From an uncultured Acidobacteriota bacterium (GTDB taxonomy: Bacteria > Acidobacteriota > UBA6911 > RPQK01 > JAPXNP01), in NCBI GenBank assembly GCA_963777605.1, contig CAVZRV010000007.1:928001-992000 (forward strand): a DNA stretch of 64,000 bases. Direction: 5' to 3'. Both the position numbers and the translations under genes were made by a program. Every line of letters begins with the position of its first letter. The first letter of the stretch is position 1. Of this stretch, positions 10,294 to 21,546 are shown one piece after another. The notes below the pieces were generated by a model. It ran no database searches, was not told the origin of the DNA, and saw only the letters and a list, made by a program, of their open reading frames with translations.

Positions 10294-12002
10294 TCTTTGC
10301 TCCGACGCGAACCTCCCGTGCGCGCAACCAATTCCGGCTTCAGGCGCTGTATCCCGAACTGCAACATCATAGCAAAGAGGTTACTGAACAAGAAGTAAAT
10401 GGCCAGGCCGCTCGACACGTTCAGAAAGAAGAACGTAAACACTATCGGCAAAAACATCATCATCCGGCGTTGCGTCGGATCACCGGTTGCCGGCGTCATC
10501 CGTTGCTGTGCCACCATTGTCAAACCCATCACGATCGGAGTCACATAGTACGGATCATGCTGGGAAAGGTCATGGATCCAGAACATGAAAGGAGCTCCCC
10601 TCAGCTCAATCGAGGCATCCAGCATGCGATAAAAAGCAAAAAGTATCGGCATCTGCAGCACCAGCGGAAGACATCCCCCAAGCGGGTTCACCCCGTGCTC
10701 CTTGTAGAGGGCCATGACCTCGCTGTTCATCTGCTGACGTCGCGGATCGTCCCGCTTCATCCGTTTGTACTTGTCCTGAATCGACTTCAGCTTCGGCTGA
10801 ATTGCTGACATCTTCTGCATTGAAGCCATCTGCTTGTACCGAATTGGGAAAAGCGCCAGGTTGATGAAGAAAGTCAGCAGGATAATGGACCATCCATAGT
10901 TCCCGACAAACGAATGGATCCACTTCAAAGCCGCCAGGAGCGGCCGAACCAGAATCCCGAACCAGCCGTAATTGATCAGAGAGGAACTAGTCGACTGGAA
11001 CGCTTCCAGGATCTCGTGGTCCTTCGGCCCCACGAAGAAACGGACATCCCCGGGTGTTTCGATGGTCAGCGAAGCCGTCACCAGGCCGACCACTTCCGGT
11101 TCCGTTTCCGGTTTCTCACTCGGGTAATCATACGTCCTGCGGTCCATCCTCAACCCGTCTACAGTGTCACCGTCCGCCAGGATGAACGTGAAGAACTTGC
11201 TGTCCAGGGCTGCCCACTGGGGTTTGATGTCGAGTTGCACGCTCCCGTCTTCGAGGTTCTTCTCCGCATACCGCGTCACTGAACCATTCGAATAATAGGC
11301 AATCTCCGGGTACTGAAAATCCTTGCTCGCCCGGGAAACCAGTTCACCAATCCCGGTCCCCAGCACCACTCCGATCGGGATCGACCTGCCGTCACTCCGG
11401 ACATCCACCGAGACGTTCAGCTCGTAGCCCTTGGCAGGAATCTCAATCGACTTCTCGACCTGCAAGGAACCTCTCCGGTAGGAAAACACGATACGGGTCG
11501 GGGCAATAACCCGATCTCCGGGATCGCCCTGAACCGAGAAGACCGCGTTGTTCAGTTCTTTCCGAAGGGCGTCGTCGGAACTGTAAAGACTCAGCGGCCG
11601 CAGGTAGTCCGACGGCGGGGTTTGTGGGACCAGTTCGAGACCTTCTTCATCGCGGCCGACATACTTCAGCAAGTGTGCTCCCACCAGACGTCCCCCGACA
11701 TTGCTGAACCGCAAAGCAAGCGAGTCGTTTTCGACCAGGATCTCTCTAGCGTCGGCGACTGTCTCGGGCATCTCCCCCATTCCCTCGGATGCAGCCACCG
11801 CCGGGGGCTTCTCAACCGGTTCTACGGGGGGCTTCTCGGGACTCTCACCTTGCTGGCTGACTTCAGTAGCAGCCGCTGGCGGGGCGGGTGGGCTTGGAAA
11901 GAACCGCTCGTACAAGTACGGAGCTCCAAACAGAATCGCCATCGACAGAAGAATCGCCAAAAGTAATCTTCGTTCGATCTCTACATCTTCCTGGCTTTTC
12001 AT
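10290..12002 (-). CDS. yidC: Membrane protein insertase YidC
   Basis: NYGWF, GNYGWSIILLT, NPLGGCLP, QMPI, DPYYVTP; periplasmic domain. Confidence 0.96.
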   Translation of the reverse strand: MKSQEDVEIERRLLLAILLSMAILFGAPYLYERFFPSPPAPPAAATEVSQQGESPEKPPVEPVEKPPAVAASEGMGEMPETVADAREILVENDSLALRFSNVGGRLVGAHLLKYVGRDEEGLELVPQTPPSDYLRPLSLYSSDDALRKELNNAVFSVQGDPGDRVIAPTRIVFSYRRGSLQVEKSIEIPAKGYELNVSVDVRSDGRSIPIGVVLGTGIGELVSRASKDFQYPEIAYYSNGSVTRYAEKNLEDGSVQLDIKPQWAALDSKFFTFILADGDTVDGLRMDRRTYDYPSEKPETEPEVVGLVTASLTIETPGDVRFFVGPKDHEILEAFQSTSSSLINYGWFGILVRPLLAALKWIHSFVGNYGWSIILLTFFINLALFPIRYKQMASMQKMSAIQPKLKSIQDKYKRMKRDDPRRQQMNSEVMALYKEHGVNPLGGCLPLVLQMPILFAFYRMLDASIELRGAPFMFWIHDLSQHDPYYVTPIVMGLTMVAQQRMTPATGDPTQRRMMMFLPIVFTFFFLNVSSGLAIYFLFSNLFAMMLQFGIQRLKPELVARTGGSRRSKE

Positions 12003-12022
12003 AAGCTGTCGATCTCGCTCTC

Positions 12023-12259
12023 TTAAGGCACCGGATCGTTACCGCCGGGATTCCACGGATGACACCGCAGCAAACGCTTCAATCCCAGCCATCCCCCGGC
12101 CAGGAGGCCATATTTTGTGATCGCCTGGTACATGTATTCGGAACAGGTCGGATGAAACCGACACGCAGGAGGAAGAAACGGTGAGACAAACCGCTGGTAG
12201 CCACGAATCGAAAGGGCCACCGCCCTTACCAACCACCGTCCCATTTTTCGTTCCACCAC
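12023..12259 (-). CDS. yidD: Membrane protein insertion efficiency factor YidD
   Basis: [15 protein letters not shown]. Confidence 0.95.
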   Translation of the reverse strand: MVERKMGRWLVRAVALSIRGYQRFVSPFLPPACRFHPTCSEYMYQAITKYGLLAGGWLGLKRLLRCHPWNPGGNDPVP

Positions 12260-12594
12260 GTGGTCGCTTTGAGATACTCCTCCTCGAGCAACTGATATGA
12301 GGCGAGACTCGCCGAGCGACGTGCATTGATGACGATATCACAGGGTGGGACAAGTTGATTTTTGTGCAAACGGAAGATCTCCCTGAGTCTCCGCTTGATC
12401 CGATTGCGGACAACTGTCTTTCCGATCTTCCTGGAAACCGTTAAACCCAAACGGTTGATTGGTAAACCGTTGCGAAGGAAATAGCTGAAGAAAACCCGTC
12501 CGGCCAGTTTCTCTCCCTTTTCGTACACTTCGAGGAACTCTCTCCGCTTGCGAAGACGTTCCCCTTTCCGAAACCGGACATCCTCCCTAACCAC
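12226..12594 (-). CDS. rnpA: Ribonuclease P protein component
   Basis: [11 protein letters not shown]...[10 protein letters not shown] (RNR motif). Confidence 0.95.
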   Translation of the reverse strand: MVREDVRFRKGERLRKRREFLEVYEKGEKLAGRVFFSYFLRNGLPINRLGLTVSRKIGKTVVRNRIKRRLREIFRLHKNQLVPPCDIVINARRSASLASYQLLEEEYLKATTWWNEKWDGGW

Positions 12595-12727
12595 TCACCG
12601 AAAGCCTTTTCCGTCCCCGGGCACGCCGCCGTTTGATCACAGCCTGTCCAGACTTTGACTGCATCCTCGTTCGAAAACCATGCGTTTTCCGCCGGCGTCT
12701 ATTGTTCGGTTGAAAAGTCCTCTTCAT
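12587..12727 (-). CDS. rpmH: 50S ribosomal protein L34 (not in ORF track)
   Basis: Manual translation [46 protein letters not shown]. Confidence 0.96.
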   Translation of the reverse strand: MKRTFQPNNRRRRKTHGFRTRMQSKSGQAVIKRRRARGRKRLSVSG

Positions 12728-12784
12728 GATCTTTCCTCAAGGTGATCGTAAAGCGAGAGATACTAGCAGTTTTCAAAATTTCGA

Positions 12785-13819
12785 TCAACTCTGCTCGGGC
12801 TCGCCGCAGTCAGCCGGCCAGACCCGCATTTGTACCTCTCGCGTCCTCTCCACGTTCTCTTCGTACCCCAGATCTTCCCGCTCCTGGAACTCCCCGGGGC
12901 GAAACCAGGTCTTCTGATACATCGGGTGGGCTTCCGACCGCAGGTGGAGCAGCATTTGATGCGCAGAGCGAACCGCTCGCTCCTTCCTCAGCAATGTTAC
13001 ATCCACCGGGCCAACGGTAATCTTCTCGCCGTCTCCGGGGGTTGCCTGAGCCACGATTCGCCCATCGTAATCAACTATCATGCTCCCACCCGGCCATGAG
13101 AACGGCGGATAGTGTCCCAGGCTCGCAGCCTGGTTGGCGGCTACCACATAAGCGGTGTTCTCGAGTGCCCGACAGCGATTGACCACCGTCCACCAGTCAT
13201 TCGGCGACGTCGCCCCAAAGGGATCCATATAGGCGGAAACTCTCAACAAAACCTCAGCCCCGTTGGCGCTCAACTGGCGAAGGGTCTCAGGAAAAAGCCA
13301 GTCATAACAGATCGCAGTCCCCAGCTTCCCTATCTCGGTATCAGCAACCGGAAACAGCGGTTCCTCGTAGTCCGCTATGTCATGCGGACTCGTGTGAACC
13401 TCCCACGGCAACCACGGGTAGACTTTCCGATACTTGTACAGAATTCCTTCGGGGCCCACCAGGCAAGCCGTGTTGAAAAGGGCGTTCGGGTACTTCCTGT
13501 CAACCTCGAGCATGGAGCCCATCTGAACAAAAACTCCCAACTCCCTGGCCTTCTTCGCCACCTGCTCAGTGTGCTCATTTGGTATTTCCACTCCCAGTTT
13601 CTGGCGAAGAACCTTCAATGAATCGTAGGCCGGGGCCGCGTGCGAGAATTCCGGGAACACCACCAGTTTCAGGGGAAGGAACGGCTTGTACCCAACTACT
13701 GCCAACTCGATCAGCTCGACGATCCGGGCGGTGTTCTTCTTCATGTCACGCCGGGAGAGAGGATTCGAAAAATCAGTCTGGATCGCAGCCGCGTTGTACT
13801 GCAGATGGTTTTCTTTCAT
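12785..13819 (-). CDS. Nitrilase/carbon-nitrogen hydrolase family protein
   Basis: VVFPEF, YRK and AICYDW motifs, RALEN; start uncertain (13819 or 13861). Confidence 0.88.
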   Translation of the reverse strand: MKENHLQYNAAAIQTDFSNPLSRRDMKKNTARIVELIELAVVGYKPFLPLKLVVFPEFSHAAPAYDSLKVLRQKLGVEIPNEHTEQVAKKARELGVFVQMGSMLEVDRKYPNALFNTACLVGPEGILYKYRKVYPWLPWEVHTSPHDIADYEEPLFPVADTEIGKLGTAICYDWLFPETLRQLSANGAEVLLRVSAYMDPFGATSPNDWWTVVNRCRALENTAYVVAANQAASLGHYPPFSWPGGSMIVDYDGRIVAQATPGDGEKITVGPVDVTLLRKERAVRSAHQMLLHLRSEAHPMYQKTWFRPGEFQEREDLGYEENVERTREVQMRVWPADCGEPEQS

Positions 13820-13887
13820 CGCCTTACCGTCTCTTTCCTTACCGAGGGGAGGATTCTCCATCCATTGGAGCTTCGCCGCGGAGCCGA

Positions 13888-14748
13888 CTAGAGCCCCCGT
13901 TTCACGATACTCTCATCGCGGGGGTAACAACCGAGGACCTCAACAAAATCGGTAATTTCACGCAGGTGGTTCAGCGCGTTGACCACTCGTTCCTCTTCAA
14001 GACTACCCATGAAGTCCACATAGAAAAGATAGTCCCACGGCCTACCCTGCTGGGGCCGCGATTCGATCTTTGACAAGTCGATATCCCTCAGAGCAAATAC
14101 GCTGAGCGACTTGAAAAGAGCCCCGGCAACGTTCCTCAGGCTGAAAACAATCGAAGTCTTGTTCCCTTTTCCCTGCCTCTGGTCCCTTGAAAGGTGGACG
14201 AACCGGGTGAAATTCTCTTCGCTGTCCTGAATTCCCTTCATCAGGACCTCCCCGCCGAAAATCTCGCCGGCCCGACGACCCGCTATCGCCCCGACCGATC
14301 TCAGATTCCGCTCGAACAACTCCCGGACACTCCCGGAGGTGTCGTAGGACGGCTCCATCTTCAAATGGGGATGCTTCTCAAAGAACCGTTCGCACTGACC
14401 CAAGGCAACCGGATGAGAAATGATCGTGGTCAAATCCTCGAACTTCACCCCAGGCAGGACAAACAGGTTGTGCACGATCGGAAGGTACAGTTCCCGGCAG
14501 ATTCTCAGCTTGTGGCGACGCAAAAGATCGTAGTTCCGATGGATCGAACCGGTCAGGGAGTTCTCCAGTGGAACAACACAGGCATCCAACTCGGTTTCGG
14601 CAGCCCGAAACACTTCCTCGAAATGGCGGAAACTGACAATCTCAATCCCCGAGCCAAGAAGTCGTGATGCCGCTTCCTCACTGAACGATCCAAGTTCGCC
14701 CTGGATACCAACCGTCCCAACGAAACCTTTCTCCGTCATTTCTTCCAT
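13888..14748 (-). CDS. pheA: Prephenate dehydratase (monofunctional, with ACT domain)
   Basis: QGELGSFSE, PLENS, SHPVALGQC, NFTRF, LSKIESRP; start moved to avoid tRNA-Sec. Confidence 0.92.
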   Translation of the reverse strand: MEEMTEKGFVGTVGIQGELGSFSEEAASRLLGSGIEIVSFRHFEEVFRAAETELDACVVPLENSLTGSIHRNYDLLRRHKLRICRELYLPIVHNLFVLPGVKFEDLTTIISHPVALGQCERFFEKHPHLKMEPSYDTSGSVRELFERNLRSVGAIAGRRAGEIFGGEVLMKGIQDSEENFTRFVHLSRDQRQGKGNKTSIVFSLRNVAGALFKSLSVFALRDIDLSKIESRPQQGRPWDYLFYVDFMGSLEEERVVNALNHLREITDFVEVLGCYPRDESIVKRGL

Positions 14749-14797
14749 GCCTCCTGCAGAAATCCGATCTCGCTGAGAGTTTCTTCGGAGAAATTTG

Positions 14798-14896
14798 TGG
14801 CGGAGGTACATGGGAATCGAACCCACCAACCACTGTTCGCACAGCAGTCCGACTGGTTTTGAAGACCAGGCCCGTCACCAGACGAGAAGTACCTCC
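14798..14896 (-). tRNA. selC: tRNA-Sec (anticodon UCA)
   Basis: 8-bp acceptor GGAGGTAC/GTACCTCC, 6-bp D stem with TGGT loop, CTGGT-CT-TCA-AA-ACCAG, long variable arm, TTCGATT, encoded GCCA. Confidence 0.95.
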
Positions 14897-14967
14897 GCAG
14901 CGGATTATATCACCCGCATTTCAAGCGGATTTCCGAGGGATTTCATCGCTCTGGTGGGGGTCCTGAC

Positions 14968-15242
14968 TTAATTCTCCTTCTAGAATTGTTTCTTTATATC
15001 GTAGTAGTAGATAGTAGTGCCGGTGGATTTCTGAATTCCCGTACAACTTGTTCTGTAAAGGTCTGTTAGAGGGAACAGCCGAAGGTGGAAAAGTCTCTGG
15101 AGGCCATCTTGCCGGCCGGTGGAAAAAGACTCCTCTGCAGTTTTCCACTTTCCATCCTGACGCGTATCTGTGGATTGTGTGGAGGAAGACGCAGATCAGG
15201 AGCAGGCACCAGGAATTGCGCCAGAGGCACGCCTGTGGAAAG
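14968..15242. promoter_or_regulatory. Putative replication origin oriC: AT-rich tract, DnaA-trios and DnaA-box cluster
   Basis: TAG repeats 15001-15018; box-like 9-mers at 15022, 15084, 15118, 15141, 15169, 15178, 15234; flanking genes diverge here. Confidence 0.72.
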
Positions 15243-15308
15243 GCGACAGGCTGGTGAGGCGGATTTCTGGCCTGTCTTCCCAATGCTTCGCTATACTCGA
15301 AAGTTCGC

Positions 15309-16202
15309 ATGAGAGTCATCGTGAACGCGACGGCGGGAAAGGGAACCGCCCGGCGCCTCCTTCCCGAGGTCCGGGGTCTCCTCGACCGTGAGTTTCCCGG
15401 GTATGAGTTGGCGACAACCGAAGGTCCCGGTCACGCAGAGGTGCTTGCCCGAGAGAGCGCCGCGCGCGGAGAGTCCCTTGTAATTGCCATGGGAGGGGAC
15501 GGAACCCTATCGGAGGTAGTCAATGGACTCGCGGGTTCAAAAACCGCCCTGGTGATCGTACCCGTTGGCACGGGGAATGATGTAGCCCGCACGTTGAAAA
15601 TCCCGGTCAACCGCCCGGTTGAGGCCCTAAAGGTAATTAGTAACGGCGCTCCCCGTTCCATCGATCTGGGCTGGGATGGTTCTCGTTACTTCGTTTCACT
15701 GCTCGGTGTGGGCTTCCCCGCTGTCGTCGCAGCCGAGGCGAATCGGCAACATCACTTTGGTGGCACCCTCGCATTCAGCTTCTCCGTTTATCGCAGAATT
15801 TCCGAGATGCGGCCTGCCAGGGTAGAAATCGTGATTGACGGAAACAGGGTTGAATTGGAATGTACTTCGATCTTGGTCCAGAATACCCCTTTCACGGGAG
15901 GTGGCCTGCGGGTGGCTCCCCACGCCAGGGTGGATGATGGTCTGTTGGACGTGGTGGTTGTGGACAATATCGGTAAGATGAATCTTCTGTGGAACTTCCC
16001 ACGGTTATACAGGGGAACGCACGTGGCCAATCCGCATTTCCATATGTTTCGTTGTCGCGACCTTGAACTCGCAACAGAACCCCCAATGGCCATGACGCTC
16101 GATGGTGATCCCTATGGTGTTTCCCCGGTGCGCGTGCAAGTCGTTCCTGCTGCCGTGACTGTGCTTGTTCAAAGGGAAAAAGAGGTGAGGCGTGAGAATT
16201 AG
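15309..16202 (+). CDS. Diacylglycerol/lipid kinase family protein (YegS/DagK/BmrU)
   Basis: VNATAGKG, GGDGTLSEV, PVGTGNDVAR, GGG..VAP, DDGLLDV, DGD. Confidence 0.93.
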   Translation: MRVIVNATAGKGTARRLLPEVRGLLDREFPGYELATTEGPGHAEVLARESAARGESLVIAMGGDGTLSEVVNGLAGSKTALVIVPVGTGNDVARTLKIPVNRPVEALKVISNGAPRSIDLGWDGSRYFVSLLGVGFPAVVAAEANRQHHFGGTLAFSFSVYRRISEMRPARVEIVIDGNRVELECTSILVQNTPFTGGGLRVAPHARVDDGLLDVVVVDNIGKMNLLWNFPRLYRGTHVANPHFHMFRCRDLELATEPPMAMTLDGDPYGVSPVRVQVVPAAVTVLVQREKEVRREN

Positions 16203-19200
16203 GGAGTACCTCAGTGGGAAGACATTGTTCATCACAGGTGCGACCGGATTTCTAGGCCAGCCCTTCGTCGAAAAGATCCTCTGGACAACCCCGAACGTTG
16301 AGCGCATCTATGTTCTCATCCGCCCGAAACATCATTTTGGGGGCCGGGTTTTGACTGCGCAGGAGAGGCTGGAGAAAGAACTCTACAATTCGAGTGTTTT
16401 CGAGCGTCTCCAGATGCGCTTGCAAGACCGCTTTCAGGATTTCCTGAAGGAAAAACTGATCGCCGTCTCCGGCGACATCGCCCGTCCCAACCTCGGCCTG
16501 AGTGAAAAGGACCAGGCCCGACTCCGATCCCAAGTCGATATTGTCGTCAATAGTGCAGCCGTCGTCTCCTTCGATGCTCCCATTGACCAGTCTCTTGAGC
16601 TCAACGTCTTCGGGGCCAGGCGCGTCGCGGCTTTCGCGGTCAGCTGTGAGAAGGCTGTCCTGATGCACGTCTCAACCGCGTACGTCTGTGGTGCCGCAAC
16701 CGGCTCCGTACCCGAAACCCTCCACCACGCGGCGCGTCCGGATGTCCAACATGAGCCGTTTCCAACCCGGGCTTTCACCGATCCGGAAGCCGATATCCAG
16801 GCGATTCGAGACCTGGTTGAACGCGTTCGACAAGAAGCCGAGGCTCCCGAGCTCCGTCGGAAGTTTGCCTCCGAGTTTCTCCGCACCAAGTCGAAAGGAC
16901 GGCGCCGGGTGCGTCGAGACACTGAAATAGCAAGTCTCCGAAAGCGCTGGCTGGCCAACCGCCTGGCTGAAGAAGGTATGAAGTGGGCCCGACAACGGGG
17001 TTGGAACGACACCTATACCTACACCAAGGCACTCGGCGAGCAGATGGTTTCCCGGCTTCGGGACCAGATTTCGATGGCGATTGTCCGCCCGTCGGTGATC
17101 GAAAGCAGCCTTTCGGAACCAGCGCCCGGCTGGCTTGACGGCCTGCGGATGGCGGATCCTCTGATCGTCGCGATTGGCAAAGGCCGCTTGCGCTCTCTGC
17201 CCCTCGACCCTGACGTAGCCTTAGACCTGGTTCCGGCCGACATGGTTGTCAACACCATGCTGGCAATGCTGCCCAGACTTGAGCAACCTAGTGATGAACT
17301 CCGCATCCTGCAGGTTGCCACGAGTTCAACCAATCCAATCACGCTACGTTCACTCTACGAGCTCATTTTTGAGTACTTTCGCGGCAATCCCATGCTCGAC
17401 AAGACCGGGAACCCGATTGTCCTGAAGCCCCTGCGGTTCCCTAGTCCGACGGCTTTCCGCATCCAGCATCATTTAAAAGCGGTTCCGCTCGGCACGGCGG
17501 AAAAAACCCTGGAACACCTTCCGGCGATGGACGTTACCCAAAAGGCGAAACGCCGAGTCTCGGCCACTCGCGCCGCCTACGAGAAGCTTTACTATTACGG
17601 GGAACTCTACGAACCCTACCTCAACCTGAACTGTGAATTTTCGGTGAAAAACACCCTCAGGCTGTTCGAGGAACTATCCGCCGACGAGCAAAAGGAGTTC
17701 AATTTCGATGTTGGGGCCCTGAACTGGAGACACTACATTCAGAACGTCCACATCCCTGGTGTGAAGAAGCACATCCTGAAGCTGGAGGGATCCGGGGCTT
17801 TTGAGTTGCCCGACGAAGAGCGCAGCGGAGCTATGCCCCGGACTATCCGGGAACTCCTCGAGCAAACCGCCAACCGCCTTCCCGAGAAGGTTGCACTCCA
17901 GGTCAAACGGAAGGATCAGTGGGTCCGATTCAGCTTCCGCGATATCTATCAGCGCGCGTGTGAAGTCGCGGGCCGGCTCCACGCAGCGGGCCTGCGCAAG
18001 GGTGACCGGGTTGTGCTTTTCTCGGAGAACCAGCCGGAGTGGGGAATCTCTTACCTGGGAGCTTCCTTCCTCGGCTTAATCGTTGTCCCCCTTGATTCCC
18101 AGACTTGGCATCGCGAGGTCTGGTCGGTTGCCGAGTTTACCGAAGCAAAGGCTCTCCTTATCTCTCGAAAGTGCCTGGAACGTCTTACCAAGGAAGAGCT
18201 CAAAGAAAACGAGACCGCAAGGAACCCTCGATTTCTCTTTAGTGTTGACAACCTTTGCGCGCCGCTCGGTCTCAAGGAATATCCGAACAGTTCCAACCCC
18301 AAAGTGGAACGGGTGAGCGATTCTTCGGTCCTTCCAGAACTGGACACCAACGATCCCGTTTCAATCATTTTCACAACCGGAACCGCCGTCGACCCCAAGG
18401 GAGCGGTTCACACCCACCGCTCCTTCCTCAACAACCTCCAGGGGGTCAACCACTACCTTTCGGTCGGGGAAAACGATCGCTTGCTCTCGGTCCTGCCTCT
18501 CTACCATGCCTTGGAGTTCTCTTGTGGCTTTCTGATGCCGCTGCATCGCGGGGCCAGTGTCACTTACGTCCACTCCCTGAAGCCCCGCGTTATCCTGGAG
18601 ACCATGCGGGAGACGAAGACGACCTGCATGCTCGGGGTGCCGACCTTGTACGCCCTGATCCGGGAGGACATCGAGCGAAGAATCCTGAGGACCTCCAAGT
18701 CTCCGCTCAAACAGAACGTGATGAGGACCTCGAAGCGACTCAGCGAGTCGGTAGAGGAGCGATTCGGTCACAACATCGGCCGGAGACTCTTTGCGCGAGT
18801 GCATGAGGAGTTTGGAGGACACATCCGCGTGTTCGTGAGTGGGGGTTCAGCCCTTGGCCGGAGCCTTTATCGTGACTTTAGATCGATGGGGCTTCCAATC
18901 TACGAGGGTTACGGTTTGACCGAAACTGCTCCAGTGCTCACAGTCAACCCGCTCCACAGGAGCCGCGAAGGTTCCGCCGGCAGGCCACTGCCGGGAGTCG
19001 AATTGCGACTTTTCCGACCGGATCGGGACGGCATTGGAGAGATTATCGTCCGGACTCCGAGCATCATGGAGAAATACTTCAAAAACCCGGAAGCCACCGA
19101 AGCGGTCTTTCGCGACGGGTGGTTCCACACGGGAGATCTTGGTTGGGTCGATGCGGACGGCTTCGTCTACATAACCGGACGGTGCAAGGACGTGATAGTG

Positions 19201-20527
19201 ACCGGAGCCGGGAAGAACGTCTACCCGACGGACCTCGAAGCGATCTACCGGTCGCTGGATTCGATCGACGACATCTGCGTAATCGGCATTAAGAGCGGCC
19301 TTACAGAGGACGTTCACGCAGTCATTGTTCCGGCCGGCGGAGCGGGTGCTGAAGACGGGGAAGCGCAGACGAGGAAAGAGATTCAACGGGAGATTCAGGA
19401 ACTGGCCAAGGAATTGCCGAGCTATAACCGGCTGCAGCAAATTCACATCCGGCAGGAGGCTCTCCCTTTGACTGAAGAGGGGAAACTGGATCGGGCGGCG
19501 ATCCGGAACTGGGTCACAGCTGAAGTCTCCGGCCTGCCGCGGCCCCAGGTGGCCCGGCCGGGGAAAGAAACGAGCCGCCGGGAAAAGCTTCTCGGGGAAC
19601 TGAGTCGGCTGTCCGGAGTTGACGTGAAGGAGATCGACGACGAGACCAATCTCTACATCGATCTTGGAATGGATTCACTGCTTGCGGTCGAACTGCTCCT
19701 CTTCATCGAAAGGGACCTGGGTATCAGCGTTGCCGATGAGTGGATTCCAATGTTCCAGACGGTGGGCGACGTTCTCGACGAGTTGCGCCGGCAGGGAGTG
19801 AGTACCGGGGCGACCGGGGCCCCGGAGGTCGTTCGTTCGGCCCTTTCCTATGATAAGCGTCCAACCATCGACCGGGCCCTGATGGGCGCGAGTTTCTCCA
19901 CGCTGAAGGCACTGTTTCGAAGTTACTTTCAGTTACAGATCGCGAATCCCCAGATCCTTCCGCTCGATCGCCCTTATATCGTGGCGGCAAACCACTCCAG
20001 CCACCTCGACTCGGTCGCGGTCATTTCGGCGTTGAGTCTGGCCCTCGGCGTAAGGGAGGCGCAAAGGGTTCACATCATTGGAGCACGGGATTACTTCTTC
20101 AATTCCCCACTGAAGAGTTGGCTGTTCAGCACCTGCCTGAATGTCGGTCCCGATCGAGCGAGATGAGGTTGGACTGGCCGGGTTGAGGATGGTTGGGTCG
20201 ATTCTCGGTCGCGGTGAACCGGTCGTGATCTTCCCCGAAGGCACTCGAAGCAGAACCGGCGAACTCCAGGAGTTTAAACCCGGCGTGGGGCTGATCGCGT
20301 GGGAGTACCAGGTTCCGATCGTTCCCGCATTCATCAAGGGAGCCTTTCAGGCCATGCCGGCGGGAAAAAGCCTTCCGAAACCCCACCCGATTGAAGTGCG
20401 CTTTGGTGAACTGGTCCAGATGGGGGATTATCGGGAATACGCGGCCAGCGTCTCGCGCGATGAGGTCTACCGCAAGATTGCCTCGGACCTGCGGTCAAGC
20501 ATAGTCTCCCTGACGCTCGATCAATAG
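16192..20527 (+). CDS. ElbD-like multidomain enzyme: fatty acyl reductase + acyl-CoA/AMP ligase + acyl carrier + PlsC-type acyltransferase; one-base frameshift at about 20146
   Basis: FAR: TGATGFLG, HVSTAYV, YTYTK, RPSVIES. Ligase: TTGTAVDPKG, YGLTE, TGDLG. Carrier: LGMDSL. Acyltransferase: NHSSHLD in ORF 16192-20166, FPEGTRS in ORF 20141-20527. Deleting one G at 20146-20147 gives continuous ...TCLNVVPIER... Confidence 0.85.
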
Positions 20528-20528
20528 G

Positions 20529-21479
20529 TTATTCCGTTCGAAGAAGTTCGAGCAAACCCTCGCGGGCAATGTTCCCGCCGCTCAACACGCAGGCAGTGCC
20601 GTCGGCAGGGATCTTTCCTTCCAGCACGGCTGCCAGTGTAACTGCGCCGGAAGGCTCCACGAGCAGTTTTTCCTCAAACAGGAGCTGGCGGGTTGCCGCT
20701 GCGATCGCGGTTTCCGAGACCACGACGACGTCTTTCACGAGTCGCTGAATAATCGGAAAAGTGAGACTGCCGGGGCAGGTGACGCGCAGTCCGTCAGCAA
20801 CGGTTCGGGCTTCAGGGATTGAAACCCTTTCGCCCTTTCGATAGGAGAGAAAGGCAGCGGACGACCCTTCCGGCTGGACGCCCCATACCTGAACGTCCGG
20901 ACGCAGCTGCGAGATACTCGAGAGGATCCCGGCAATCAGGCCACCCCCGCTGATCGGAACGACAATGTTCCTTACGGAAGGATATTGCTCGGCGATTTCG
21001 CAGCCGAGGGAGGCATTTCCGAGGATTGCGTCAACGTGGTTGTAGGGATGAATGACCGTCCGGTTTTCCTCGGAGGAAATCCGGTTGACGGTCTCCTCCC
21101 GGGCCTCGAATACGTTCGCGCAGGGAACCACGATCCCACCAAAGGCCCGGGTCCTCTCCTTCTTCAAAGCGCTGGCGGATTCCATCATCACGATTTTGGA
21201 GACGATCCCAAAGCGGGTCGCGGCAAACCCAGCGGCCTGGGCAAAGTTTCCCGAGCTCGACGTGACGATGCCCTGCCTGCGGGCCTCTTCCGTCAGTCGC
21301 GCAACCTGGGCATAAGCGGGCCGAATCTTAAAGGAACCCGTCACCTGGAGGTTCTCAGTTTTGAAAAAGACGGAGGGAACAGAGTGAGACTCCAGCAGCG
21401 GAGTCCGTCGCGCGACTCCGACCAGCAACGCCCGGGTCTGCCGGATCTCCTCGAGTGAGAATTGAAACTCCTTGGGCAT
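20529..21479 (-). CDS. PLP-dependent threonine/serine dehydratase family protein
   Basis: KTENLQVTGSFKIR, SSGN, PISGGGLIAG, TVADGL, VEPSGA, LSGGN. Confidence 0.9.
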   Translation of the reverse strand: MPKEFQFSLEEIRQTRALLVGVARRTPLLESHSVPSVFFKTENLQVTGSFKIRPAYAQVARLTEEARRQGIVTSSSGNFAQAAGFAATRFGIVSKIVMMESASALKKERTRAFGGIVVPCANVFEAREETVNRISSEENRTVIHPYNHVDAILGNASLGCEIAEQYPSVRNIVVPISGGGLIAGILSSISQLRPDVQVWGVQPEGSSAAFLSYRKGERVSIPEARTVADGLRVTCPGSLTFPIIQRLVKDVVVVSETAIAAATRQLLFEEKLLVEPSGAVTLAAVLEGKIPADGTACVLSGGNIAREGLLELLRTE

Positions 21480-21546
21480 AAACTCATCTAAATGTTAGCT
21501 TGCAAAGAGCCTGTCTGGAAAGGGCTCGGGGAGAAAAGGAGGAACT

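Noticed and set aside
14749-14829. N-terminal extension of pheA in the ORF track
   Set aside because: It overlaps tRNA-Sec; the real start is downstream.
15001-15018. TAG run as a simple microsatellite
   Set aside because: Its position between a DnaA box/GC spacer and an AT-rich tract fits DnaA-trios better.
16192-20527. NRPS secondary-metabolite cluster
   Set aside because: No condensation or thioesterase domain; the FAR and PlsC domains point to lipid synthesis.
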